From Candidatus Moraniibacteriota bacterium (GTDB taxonomy: Bacteria; Patescibacteriota; Minisyncoccia; Moranbacterales; GWC2-37-73): a stretch of 64,000 bases of DNA. Shown here in pieces: positions 10,905 through 19,921 of the stretch. The translations under genes were made by a program, and so were the position numbers. The notes beneath the pieces are model-generated. The model had not been told where the DNA came from. It searched no databases and saw only the letters and a list, made by a program, of their open reading frames with translations. The DNA is taken from assembly GCA_035390125.1 (NCBI GenBank), contig DAOOTD010000001.1:31619-95618 (forward strand). The letters run 5' to 3'. Every line of letters starts with the position of its first letter. Positions within the stretch are counted from its first letter, which is position 1.

Positions 10905-11241
10905 GTTTGTAAAAAACATCCCAGAAAACATCGAGGATGGCGTTATTTATATATCCATGGAATATGCTACGGCAATTCATAGGTGTTATTGTGGTTGTGG
11001 AAGTGAGGTAGTGACGCCGTTTTCTCCGACAGACTGGAAATTAACTTTTGATGGTAAAACTGTTTCGTTGCACCCGTCGATAGGTAACTGGAGTTTTCCG
11101 TGCCAATCTCATTATTGGATAATTAATAATGAGATAAGGCAAGCTGATAAATGGACAAAAAAACAGATTGAGAGTTGCAGAGAAATGGATAATCAAAGTA
11201 AGAAAAAATATCACAAAAAGAAGAGGTGGATTTGGTGGTAA
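10888..11241 (+). CDS. Small Cys/His-rich protein with an E2-like HP[S/N]I-x6-C signature, translationally coupled to the E1 gene
   Basis: 117 aa. CYCGCGSEV near the N-terminus. LHPSIGNWSFPCQSHYW has the Cys 10 residues after the His, spaced as in the UBC HPN...C motif. It overlaps the E1 stop by 17 nt. Confidence 0.45.
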   Translation: MRLTPKFVKNIPENIEDGVIYISMEYATAIHRCYCGCGSEVVTPFSPTDWKLTFDGKTVSLHPSIGNWSFPCQSHYWIINNEIRQADKWTKKQIESCREMDNQSKKKYHKKKRWIWW

Positions 11242-11263
11242 AATTATCCTTGTCATTCACAAA

Positions 11264-11290
11264 GTAAGGCTATAAATGGCCTTATTTTTG
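11264..11290 (+). terminator. Rho-independent terminator after the Ubl/E1 module (aaggc-tataaat-ggcctt + atttttg)
   Basis: Hairpin followed by T-run. Confidence 0.55.
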
Positions 11291-11316
11291 TTTTCAGAAC
11301 AGTGGATAACTTTTCC

Positions 11317-11344
11317 TTGACTTCGTGTGCCACGAAGCTAATGT
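11317..11344 (+). promoter_or_regulatory. Promoter-like TTGACT-16-TAATGT with an embedded perfect palindrome cttcgtg-tgc-cacgaag (operator candidate)
   Basis: -35/-10 hexamers at 11317-11322 and 11339-11344. The 7-3-7 inverted repeat 11321-11337 occupies the spacer. It is upstream of the small ORF and int1. Confidence 0.4.
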
Positions 11345-11366
11345 GTCATTGCCTTAATAAAAATAT

Positions 11367-11567
11367 ATGACAAAAGCTAAATTTATCGCATTCGAAAAAG
11401 TCAGACGCAGTAGGCTAACAAATATGTATGACATCAATGCTGTCCGGCTGATCGCTATCAAATACGGTCAGATGCTTACCAATAAAGATTGCTTCGACTG
11501 CATGCTCAACTACGACAAATACCGCCGAAAATATTTAGAAGATAAATCAATATGGAAAAAACAATAA
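11367..11567 (+). CDS. Small hypothetical protein upstream of, and overlapping, int1 (excisionase/regulator candidate)
   Basis: 66-aa basic ORF overlapping the int1 start. No motif recognised. Confidence 0.3.
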   Translation: MTKAKFIAFEKVRRSRLTNMYDINAVRLIAIKYGQMLTNKDCFDCMLNYDKYRRKYLEDKSIWKKQ

Positions 11568-12436
11568 AAAATACCACTGAAGAATTTCTGAGCTGGTTGC
11601 AGGTTGAAAGACGATTCGCACAGAGTTCAATAATTTCATACAGGTCACGACTGAAATGCATTGTGCGAGATATTGGGGATATTGAAATAGGAAATATTAC
11701 CGCTGAACACATTTTCAGATTAAAATCCATCCTTTATGAACGAGAAAATTCTGAGGTGTTCACTGGCGTGGTAATGGCATCCATCAAGGGATTATTGCTC
11801 TACTCCAGAGACCTGCTGAAAATTCCTCTTCAGATTGATCCCAGCACGATAACCATCCCAAAACGCAAAAAGAAAGAAGTGGTTTATCTGACAGTCGATG
11901 AAATCAACCGATTTAGAAACAGTATCAATATTAACACGATCTGTGGTCTTCGCTTCAGGACGCTGCTTGAGGTGCTTCTGGGGACGGCCTGTCGCATCTC
12001 AGAGTGTTTAAATCTCAACAGAGACTCTATTTCACTGATTGAAAAAGAAGCGCGAATAATTGGCAAAGGTGGAAAGCAACGAGTTCTGTATTTTAATGAC
12101 GAATCGCTTTACTGGATAGACAAATATCTGAAGAGCCGGAACGATAAGTTTCCGGCTCTTTTTATAACCACCGGCGAAAAACCGCGAAGACTGGCGAATC
12201 AAGATTTAAGTCGATATTTCAAAAGGCAACGGCTTCTGGCTGGTATTTCTAAAAAGGTCACCCCACACATTTGCCGGCACACGGCCGCAACAACAATGGC
12301 GATGAATAACTGCTCAGCTATCTTTATCAAGGAAATCCTCGGCCATAGTCGGCTTCAAACTTCGATTGATTACTATATTTCACTGGCTGACAAGCAAAAG
12401 GTGAAACAAGCGCACCAGACATTTCTGGTGTATTAA
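11552..12436 (+). CDS. Tyrosine recombinase / phage-type integrase (int1)
   Basis: N-terminal SAM-like core-binding domain (FLSWLQVERRFAQSSIISYRSRL). Catalytic R...HxxR...Y (CRHTAATTMAM...GHSRLQTSIDYY). Its stop lies 8 nt before core copy B. Confidence 0.85.
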   Translation: MEKTIKNTTEEFLSWLQVERRFAQSSIISYRSRLKCIVRDIGDIEIGNITAEHIFRLKSILYERENSEVFTGVVMASIKGLLLYSRDLLKIPLQIDPSTITIPKRKKKEVVYLTVDEINRFRNSININTICGLRFRTLLEVLLGTACRISECLNLNRDSISLIEKEARIIGKGGKQRVLYFNDESLYWIDKYLKSRNDKFPALFITTGEKPRRLANQDLSRYFKRQRLLAGISKKVTPHICRHTAATTMAMNNCSAIFIKEILGHSRLQTSIDYYISLADKQKVKQAHQTFLVY

Positions 12437-12444
12437 GCCTGTGA

Positions 12445-12465
12445 TTCTAGGGAGATTTTGTGGTA
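12445..12465. repeat. Junction/att-like core copy B (ttctagggagattttgtggta)
   Basis: 20/21 nt identical to 8163-8183. It lies immediately downstream of the int1 stop. Confidence 0.55.
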
Positions 12466-12477
12466 GAATTGGATTAT

Positions 12478-13428
12478 ATGAAAGTAAATATACTCCAAAA
12501 ATACTACGATAGCTTCATAGCCCAAAAAGATAACCAATCCTTTTTAATTGGGTTGGCCGATTATATCAGATTCATTTTAGCTGATGAAAAATCTAAGGAA
12601 ATTATTTCAGAAATACAAAAATCCAAGGAGGCACTTTTGGCCGAAAAAGATAGTCTGGAGAAAACAGTTGACAGTGAAACAAGGATTGCCAAAAAAGAAT
12701 ACCTTGACATGACGGGATCATCAGAGACGGTTGATGATATTTCTCTCGCGGATAAAGTGCTCTATTCTCAGTCTCATCCGAAGTTGGCCGAGCTGGATAA
12801 AAAAATAAAAGAGGAAACGGAAACTTCAATTTGGGGAGCTTGGGATAAAATAAGTTCGGTTTATTCCGGATATTCAAATTCAACATTGAGCGACAATCTG
12901 GATATAGCGCGCTACGTGCCTTACGCGAATAGAATTCATAATTATCTCTTGGGAAAACTGGATGATAAAGCAGAATCAACTGGCAGTTATTCGGTTATGG
13001 ATTTTAAGAAAAGCAATAATGATTCAATTTTGGAAAAGGATGGACTGAAAGACATCAGTTCCATCATAATCGTCACAAGAAACCCGGGACTTAGGGACGA
13101 GTCATTGTGGTTGGTTTTTAATAACGACTTTCGCAATAAAGTTAAATTTTTAGCCAAGAAAAAACAAGCAGGCGATAATTATATCAAGAAGCTACATGAG
13201 ATTGTCGATAAAAGTAAATATGGCGCGAAGGTTCTACATGATCATCAGATAGCAACCACAATAAACTCAAAGATATTTAAAAGAGTGGGAGTCGCGGGGG
13301 TGTATAGGCAAAAGACAATTGTGGAAAAAGATGGAGATAATTTTGGGATAAATCAGGAAATTGATATTAATATTGTGCCAAAAGGAATGCTTAAGGAAGA
13401 GCAGGCTAAGTTTTTTCCAAAGGGATGA
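12478..13428 (+). CDS. Hypothetical protein
   Basis: Listed ORF 12460-13428 (GTG in the core copy); an ATG at 12478 is more likely the start. No motif recognised. Confidence 0.45.
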   Translation: MKVNILQKYYDSFIAQKDNQSFLIGLADYIRFILADEKSKEIISEIQKSKEALLAEKDSLEKTVDSETRIAKKEYLDMTGSSETVDDISLADKVLYSQSHPKLAELDKKIKEETETSIWGAWDKISSVYSGYSNSTLSDNLDIARYVPYANRIHNYLLGKLDDKAESTGSYSVMDFKKSNNDSILEKDGLKDISSIIIVTRNPGLRDESLWLVFNNDFRNKVKFLAKKKQAGDNYIKKLHEIVDKSKYGAKVLHDHQIATTINSKIFKRVGVAGVYRQKTIVEKDGDNFGINQEIDINIVPKGMLKEEQAKFFPKG

Positions 13429-13575
13429 TTTCCGAGTAGTTTCTGTCTGAAAATAATATTTACGAGAAAAGAATCGCTTATCAGAGCGGTTTTTTTGCGT
13501 TTGATTTACGAGCAAAGGTTATTTATTTGGTGCATGAAGTTGAGATAATAAGAGCATAAGATATAAAACCAATAA

Positions 13576-14541
13576 ATGATTTCCATATTTTCCGACAACT
13601 TAAACCTTTCTGACAGTTTTGACCGCTTCTTTGAGGATATTGAGGCGAATTGTTCGCTGTCCAAAAGTTCAATCGAAAAATACAAGGAAATCCGTCCCCG
13701 GATAATTAAATTCTTTGGCAATATAAGCATAAAGAAGATTGATGCTCGGATGATTACTAAATATAAGCAGTATTTGAATCAATCAAGTCAGAAGAAAGAC
13801 AACCTCAGTCCCAGTTATAAAAATCAGCACCTGACATTACTCCGTTTGCTTCTGAAATTTGTGAAGGAAAAAGAAGGCGCAAAGGTGATGGATTATGCTC
13901 AGATTTCCAAGTTCCGAGTTCCAATTAAGGAGGTTGAGACATTGAATGAGTCGGAGTTGTCCACGGTGCTTGACTACCCAAATGAGAAAACAATTACTGG
14001 GTGTCGACTGAAGGCATATTTTGAAGTTTCATTTTCAACCGGCTGTCGCGTGAAAGAAGTTTTGGGCTTGAAGATATCGGATATTAATTTCAAAGACAGG
14101 ATTGCTCACATTCGGACGAAAAATAACAAACCTCACACCATTTTGTTTTCCGATTCCTCAATTGAAGCGATTAACAAATATTTGGCTATGAGGAAAGATA
14201 ATCATCCAAATTTATTCGTGACTGCAACTCCCAATCCCAAACCATGGCAAACCAACGATGTTGAAAGGAGTCTTCGAATGATCGGACGAAAACTGAAGCT
14301 TAGTAAGAATCTCAGACCACATATTTTACGCAAATCAGCCGCGACGCACATGTATAAAAACAACGTTTCGCTCGGAGTCGTGCAAAATTTTTTAAACCAT
14401 TCCTCCGCCAGAACCACGCTGACTTACTATTTAGGCAATTCGAATTTTGAAGAGCTAAGAAGGAATCACGACAGAGTTATGAATAATCTGGATTTTAGAG
14501 ATAAGACAGATTCATCTGGAGAGGGGGTGAGAACTACATGA
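13576..14541 (+). CDS. Tyrosine recombinase / integrase (int2), related to int1
   Basis: HILRKSAATHMYKNNVSLGVVQNFLNHSSARTTLTYY (HxxR...Y). The catalytic region is similar to that of int1. Confidence 0.85.
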   Translation: MISIFSDNLNLSDSFDRFFEDIEANCSLSKSSIEKYKEIRPRIIKFFGNISIKKIDARMITKYKQYLNQSSQKKDNLSPSYKNQHLTLLRLLLKFVKEKEGAKVMDYAQISKFRVPIKEVETLNESELSTVLDYPNEKTITGCRLKAYFEVSFSTGCRVKEVLGLKISDINFKDRIAHIRTKNNKPHTILFSDSSIEAINKYLAMRKDNHPNLFVTATPNPKPWQTNDVERSLRMIGRKLKLSKNLRPHILRKSAATHMYKNNVSLGVVQNFLNHSSARTTLTYYLGNSNFEELRRNHDRVMNNLDFRDKTDSSGEGVRTT

Positions 14542-14957
14542 AGTTGCAGAAAAAGGAAACTATGGGGATGCCTTTCGCCAAGAAAGGAACAGATGTCAAA
14601 GAAGGAGACATAATCACCATAGGTAGTGAAGGGAAGATTGTGGAAACTCAATTCGGCTCACAGAACATTTTTGAAATCAAAACTGCTAATGGCGTGGAAT
14701 TGGTTTTGGGTATCAACCAGACCAGCATCAATGCCTTGGTGGATGCTTTCGGAGAAGAAACTGCGAACTGGGTAGGCAAGAAGGTAAAAGTTCATTCATT
14801 TAAGCAAAATGTGGCTGGTAAATTTATACAGGTTTACTATGTCGCACCAGAAGGCTATGAAATGGGTGAAAACGGATTTGAGAAATCCGGATCAGTAGGA
14901 GTGGTTAACGCTCATATGAGTGAAGAATGCGCGGTTGTGGAAGACAACGCTTTCTAA
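14538..14957 (+). CDS. Hypothetical protein
   Basis: 139-aa ORF overlapping the int2 stop. No motif. Confidence 0.4.
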   Translation: MKLQKKETMGMPFAKKGTDVKEGDIITIGSEGKIVETQFGSQNIFEIKTANGVELVLGINQTSINALVDAFGEETANWVGKKVKVHSFKQNVAGKFIQVYYVAPEGYEMGENGFEKSGSVGVVNAHMSEECAVVEDNAF

Positions 14958-15036
14958 GGTTAGTTTGTGTGCTGGGCAGAATTTTTCTGCTTAGCCATAA
15001 GTTAATTTTAACAGATAAAAAATTTTAAGAAAGGGA

Positions 15037-15064
15037 TTGACAAGGCTATGAGAACTGATAAAAT
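15037..15064 (+). promoter_or_regulatory. Strong sigma70-type promoter TTGACA-16-TAAAAT
   Basis: Hexamers at 15037-15042 and 15059-15064. Confidence 0.5.
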
Positions 15065-15069
15065 ACAAT

Positions 15070-15220
15070 TAGAAAATAAAATATTTGGACTTACTTCGTC
15101 TGGAGTTTCGCTGTATTCAGATGGTCGAAGTAGGAAGTCTTTCTCAATATTAGGTCTGAGAAAAAGTCCGCAAACAATTATCACTTTTAGTGGTAGGCGT
15201 TTGCGGGCTTTTTGTTTATT
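15070..15220 (+). ncRNA. Candidate small RNA or regulatory leader (~150 nt) between the promoter and a terminator, upstream of the primase gene
   Basis: Long interrupted hairpin gacttacttcg...cgaagtaggaagtc (15089-15140). Terminator-like stem ccgcaaac/gtttgcgg (15168-15206) followed by gctttttgtttatt. The only ORF here (15048-15233) is low-complexity and begins inside the -10 element. Confidence 0.3.
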
Positions 15221-15312
15221 AAATTTTAACTAACTTGTTCGGTGGCTCCTGCTGGCCTTGGATGCGAACTATTCCGTCCATCCGAGGTCAACTGGAGTCA
15301 CGACGGAATTAT

Positions 15313-17856
15313 ATGAACTACGGTAATATCTCGCCGCGAGAGTATCTGCGAGAAAAAAACATTGAATTCAGGGAAGTAAACGGTGAACTGGTAATGAAGT
15401 GCATTTTTGGAGATTGCGATAGCGACAGTACGGAAAACGAAGCGCATCTTTGGATGAATGCCGAGACTGGGCAATACCAATGCAAGAAATGCCAGGCAGA
15501 GGGAAACCTCCTAACGCTTGCTAAACATCTTGGCGATAGGATAGTTGATGTTGTTAAGCAGCCGAAAATTCAAAAACTTAAAAAGGTGTTTGATCCAAGC
15601 CTAGTGGATTTTTGCCATGACAGACTGCCGGATGAGATTAGAAAATATTTGAATAACCGCGGTTTGAATAACGAACTGATTAACGAATATAAACTGGGTT
15701 GGTGGGTTTCTCGAAATGGAAACAGAATAAGTATTCCGGTTAAAAACGAATCAGGCGAATACATATATTTGAAACTGAGGAAAGACCCGAGTGATTCGAG
15801 TAAGGGAAATAAGTATATTTTCTATCCCAATGCCAGTTCCAGCTTATTTGGCATAGAACTACTGCGAAAAGAAAAAGGTAGGGTATTTATTTGCGAAGGT
15901 GAGTTGGATTGCATCCTGCTTCAGTCGAAAGGATTGATAGCAGTAACTTCCACGGCCGGTGCGGGAACTTTCAAAAAGGAATGGATAAAGGAATTTGAGC
16001 ATCTTAAGGAAGCATATATAGTTTTTGACAACGATGACGAGGGGAGAGCCGGATCGGAAATGGTGGCTAAAAAACTATCGGCCATTGACGGACTGGAGGT
16101 TAAAATAATTCGTCTTCCTGAAGCAGTGGGTGAAAAAGGAGATATTACCGATTATTTTGTAAAGCTGAACGGCACGAAAAAAGAGTTAACCAGATTGGCT
16201 GAACCGTTTGAAATGGAAACCGAAGAAGCTGAGGATGACGACACGGATGAAAGAAAAAACCAAAGCGACCTTATTGTTGAATTAGTGAAGGAAAACAAGA
16301 GGATTGTTCTTTTCCATGATGACGCTAGAAGTCCGTATATCAGTCTGCCGGTTTCCGGACATAACGAGATATTAAATCTGAAGGATCAGAATTTCAAATA
16401 TTGGCTGGGAAAGAAGTTTTGGGATAAATACAAAAAGGCTCCCAATTCCGATTCCATTAACAATGCCCTTAATATTATTAAAGGTGAGGCAATATTTAAC
16501 GGATCGGAATATAAGCTGGAATGTCGGGTGGCGATTAGAGACGATGCTATTTGGTATGATCTTTCCAATAAAAAATGGCAGGCAGTAAAGATTACCAAAG
16601 ACGGATGGGAAATTGTGGATAATTCTCCGATAATGTTTCGCCGATATTCCCACCAGAAAGCGCATCCCTTGCCAGTAAGGGGAGTGGCCATTGAATTATT
16701 ATTGCCATTCATAAACATTAGGGATAATGGACAACAGCTTTTGCTTCTGGTTTATATAATCAGCTGTTTCATTCCCGGCTTTCCACATCCGGTTATCAAT
16801 ATTTATGGTGCCCAAGGTTCAGCTAAGAGCACCCTATTCAAATTGATTAAAAAGTTAGTCGATCCATCGCTTATCGAGGTATCTAGTTTTCCCCAAGGCG
16901 AAGACAGTTTTGTTTTAAAGCTGTCTCATCATTGGTGTATTCTCTTCGATAATGTTTCCTTTTTGTCCGATCAGACTTCAGATTTGCTTTGCAAGGCAGT
17001 GACAGGCGCGGCCTTTTCCAAAAGAGAACTTTACAGCGATGACAACGATGTCATACATACTTTCCGGAGGTGCTTGGGAATAAATGGAATAAATTTGGTT
17101 ACATCCAAGCCGGATTTATTGGAAAGGAGTTTGTTGTTTGAACTGGACAGAATTCCGCCAGAAGACCGAAAATTGGAGCAGGATATTATTGATAATTTTG
17201 AGCAAATGTTGCCGGAACTATTAGGAAGCATTTTTGACATAGTCTCTGAAACAATGAAAGTTAAACCAGGGATGAGTGCTCAAAATTTGACCAGGATGGC
17301 TGATTTTGCCCATTGGGGTTCGGCTATTGCCAGAGCTTTAGGGCACAAGGAGACAGAATTTCTGGAAGCTTACCGCAATAATATAGCCAACCAGAATAAC
17401 GAAGTGCTTTTGGAGAATTTCGAAGCTATAACCATCCTCACTTTTATGGAATACAGGGATGAATGGGAAGGAACCGCGTCGGAACTACTGGAAGAATTGA
17501 AAATTATAGCTGGAAAGCTGCAAATTGACATCAAAGAAAAAGGATTTCCTAAAAGTGCCAATAATCTTAGTAAAAGAATCAACCGTCTGAAAACTAACTT
17601 GGAAGAAGCTGGGATAAAAGTTTACCGCAAGGAAGAAAACAGGCAAAGGATAATACGCTTCCAACGAGTTGGCAAATCAGTCGTTTCTATCGATGCATCG
17701 TTGCAAGATGGCGTTTTAAATAACGATAGCAACGGTAAAAACGATGAAAACGCAAGCTTGTCGGAGCAAAAAAGCTTGCTTGAAAAGGAAGGAGGTGTAG
17801 TTGAAGCGGAAAAATACAGCGATGAATATGACATTGCTGAGGAAATAGATTTTTAG
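15313..17856 (+). CDS. Bifunctional DNA primase (CHC2 zinc finger + Toprim) / P-loop helicase-like (D5/P4-alpha-like) protein
   Basis: CHC2 Zn finger (CIFGDCDSDSTENEAHLW...YQCKKC). Toprim (VFICEGELDCILL...IVFDNDDEGRAGS). C-terminal Walker A (IYGAQGSAKST). Start taken at MNYGN, 15313, inside the listed ORF. Confidence 0.8.
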   Translation: MNYGNISPREYLREKNIEFREVNGELVMKCIFGDCDSDSTENEAHLWMNAETGQYQCKKCQAEGNLLTLAKHLGDRIVDVVKQPKIQKLKKVFDPSLVDFCHDRLPDEIRKYLNNRGLNNELINEYKLGWWVSRNGNRISIPVKNESGEYIYLKLRKDPSDSSKGNKYIFYPNASSSLFGIELLRKEKGRVFICEGELDCILLQSKGLIAVTSTAGAGTFKKEWIKEFEHLKEAYIVFDNDDEGRAGSEMVAKKLSAIDGLEVKIIRLPEAVGEKGDITDYFVKLNGTKKELTRLAEPFEMETEEAEDDDTDERKNQSDLIVELVKENKRIVLFHDDARSPYISLPVSGHNEILNLKDQNFKYWLGKKFWDKYKKAPNSDSINNALNIIKGEAIFNGSEYKLECRVAIRDDAIWYDLSNKKWQAVKITKDGWEIVDNSPIMFRRYSHQKAHPLPVRGVAIELLLPFINIRDNGQQLLLLVYIISCFIPGFPHPVINIYGAQGSAKSTLFKLIKKLVDPSLIEVSSFPQGEDSFVLKLSHHWCILFDNVSFLSDQTSDLLCKAVTGAAFSKRELYSDDNDVIHTFRRCLGINGINLVTSKPDLLERSLLFELDRIPPEDRKLEQDIIDNFEQMLPELLGSIFDIVSETMKVKPGMSAQNLTRMADFAHWGSAIARALGHKETEFLEAYRNNIANQNNEVLLENFEAITILTFMEYRDEWEGTASELLEELKIIAGKLQIDIKEKGFPKSANNLSKRINRLKTNLEEAGIKVYRKEENRQRIIRFQRVGKSVVSIDASLQDGVLNNDSNGKNDENASLSEQKSLLEKEGGVVEAEKYSDEYDIAEEIDF

Positions 17857-17944
17857 GTAGGAGTTAAACAATGTCTTGCAATGTCCAGCAGCTGGACAAA
17901 AAAGGCTTTAATAAGGGGAAAAGTAATCAATAATCATCAAAAAT

Positions 17945-18175
17945 ATGACCAACACTAAAAAGAAAATTGAAGAGCTGAATCAGGTTCTTTCCGATCACTC
18001 CGATATGAGGGGAAGTCGGCAAGTGTTCTATCTGTTTCCGCAATTCTATCAGGAAAAGTTATATAAGCTGGAAGTCCTGCTTTCTGAAAAATATGGCATC
18101 GCGGGAAAGTCCAAAATTATAGCTCTGGCAGTAAGCTATCTAATCAAGGAAATAGAAAAAGATGAAAAAGTATAA
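17945..18175 (+). CDS. Small hypothetical protein
   Basis: 76 aa. Overlaps the start of the downstream MTase gene. Confidence 0.3.
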   Translation: MTNTKKKIEELNQVLSDHSDMRGSRQVFYLFPQFYQEKLYKLEVLLSEKYGIAGKSKIIALAVSYLIKEIEKDEKV

Positions 18176-19226
18176 GTTTCAGTCGGCAAACTTTCCCTAT
18201 CTGGGAAGCAAAATTAGGCAAAGTTCCACCTTGGCGAGTTTTGTAAAGCCAGAAAAGCACAAAGTGCTAATCAGTCCGTTTGCCGGCGGTTGTTCTTTTG
18301 AGCTATTCGCTAAACATAGGCTGGGATTGAAAATAATCTCTAATGATTGGTCTCTGGTTTCATATGTTGCCCAGAAAGCATTATTGGAAAATAACACCGC
18401 GAAAATATCGCTGAATGATATTTATTATCTCTTCAGAGAAAATACAAACGATGGTTTCGTCAGAAAAAATTACAACAAGTTTTTTACTGATGAAATTTGT
18501 GAATTTCTAGACAGAGCTACGGAGAATATTCGACAGCTTCCGGACAGCTACCGAAAATATCTACTTTCCCACTTAATAATCTATTATATTCTCCATACCC
18601 TGCCTTACGGCAAATTCGGATGCACCGCGGATATCAGGAATGTTAAGGCTGTGGGGATGGAATTGGCGGTGGCAGAAGCGGTGAAGACATCAGATTCGAG
18701 AGCCAATAAACTGCTGAAAAGTGTCCAACATCCGCTGATCATTCTCAAGAAATTGGTGAGGGGAATAAATGCCGGGGTGAAAAATAATAACAAGGTCAAT
18801 GTGGCATACAACGAAGATGTGCTTGAATTCCTGCCCAAGACAAGGGAATTTGAAAATGAGGCTGTAATGATGGCGGACGCGCCATATTTCGAATCGACGA
18901 GTTATTCAATGTATGATGCTTTTTCAGAAATTCTGCTGGGCAAGAAAATCCCTAAAAGCAATAGTGCGTTCAACAGCAAAGAGGTAGAAGAGTGGTTTGA
19001 TAAATTCTTTGAAGCCTGCCAGCACATTGATCTATGGCTCTTGACCTATGGAGCCAAGGTGGACGAGCCGGGCGCGCTTCATTCGGATAAGTTTCTGGAG
19101 ATGGTCAAAAAACACCGACCAAATGCGAAACTGCTGATGCTGGAAAATTTCAGCTGGAGCATTAACAATTTATCAGGCAAGAGTCCCAGGGAATGCGAAG
19201 AATTTATCGTAATCGCAAAAAAGTAA
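18162..19226 (+). CDS. DNA N6-adenine methyltransferase, Dam-like (D12 class), apparently orphan
   Basis: Motif I VLISPFAGGCSFE. Motif IV-like MMADAPYFES (DPPY-type). Confidence 0.65.
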   Translation: MKKYKFQSANFPYLGSKIRQSSTLASFVKPEKHKVLISPFAGGCSFELFAKHRLGLKIISNDWSLVSYVAQKALLENNTAKISLNDIYYLFRENTNDGFVRKNYNKFFTDEICEFLDRATENIRQLPDSYRKYLLSHLIIYYILHTLPYGKFGCTADIRNVKAVGMELAVAEAVKTSDSRANKLLKSVQHPLIILKKLVRGINAGVKNNNKVNVAYNEDVLEFLPKTREFENEAVMMADAPYFESTSYSMYDAFSEILLGKKIPKSNSAFNSKEVEEWFDKFFEACQHIDLWLLTYGAKVDEPGALHSDKFLEMVKKHRPNAKLLMLENFSWSINNLSGKSPRECEEFIVIAKK

Positions 19227-19246
19227 TCAATTAACCAAATGCCAAA

Positions 19247-19885
19247 ATGACAAACCAAAAAATCTATTCAGAAGTAAAACTAGTTCCCATTGGGGAAATT
19301 AAGCCCAGCCCTTTTGAAAATGCCAATGAGTTTTCCGAAGAACTTTACGAGGCACTGAAAACAGATATTGACGAATATGGATTAGTCGGACAAGCCTTGG
19401 TGGTAAATTCCAAGGACAATACGCTGATTGACGGACACCACCGGCTCAAGGTGATGCAGGAGCTTGGATACACGGAAGTGCCAGTGGTATTTTACGAACC
19501 CAAGGATGGGATTGAACACAAAATTCTTTCCATCGCTTGGAACAGGAAACGCGGCACATTCAACGAACAGATACTACACAACACTATCAAAAGCATCCAC
19601 GATTCAGGAGTATATGGTCTGGAAGAATTGGCTGTGAGATTGGGCTTCAACTATTCAGAAATTCAAGAAAAATTGGAAGCGATAAAAATTGACGAGAATT
19701 TGATTAAAAAACTGGAAAGTGATGCCAAAGAACAAGAGGAAGCATTGCCAGTCTTAATGACATTTTCACTGAGTAAAAAGGACGCTGAACTGGTGGAAGA
19801 AGCATTGGAATGGGCTAAACAAAAGACCAGAGGAGAAGCGTTAGCGAAGGCGTGTGCGATGTATCTTGGCTTCGCCAAGGAATAG
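19247..19885 (+). CDS. ParB-like nuclease domain protein
   Basis: VPIGEIKPSPFE...LIDGHHRLKVMQELGYTEVPVV (ParB/Srx fold with DGHHR). Confidence 0.75.
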   Translation: MTNQKIYSEVKLVPIGEIKPSPFENANEFSEELYEALKTDIDEYGLVGQALVVNSKDNTLIDGHHRLKVMQELGYTEVPVVFYEPKDGIEHKILSIAWNRKRGTFNEQILHNTIKSIHDSGVYGLEELAVRLGFNYSEIQEKLEAIKIDENLIKKLESDAKEQEEALPVLMTFSLSKKDAELVEEALEWAKQKTRGEALAKACAMYLGFAKE

Positions 19886-19921
19886 GCAGGAGAAATATAA
19901 AGGGAAAAACAGTAAAAATTT

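Noticed and set aside
12602-12979. 125-aa minus-strand ORF inside 12478-13428
   Set aside because: Antisense shadow ORF, proline/phenylalanine-rich, with no start context.
15048-15233. 61-aa ORF between int2 module and primase
   Set aside because: Low-complexity product. Its start codon lies inside the predicted -10 hexamer. The region is better explained as a non-coding leader or sRNA.
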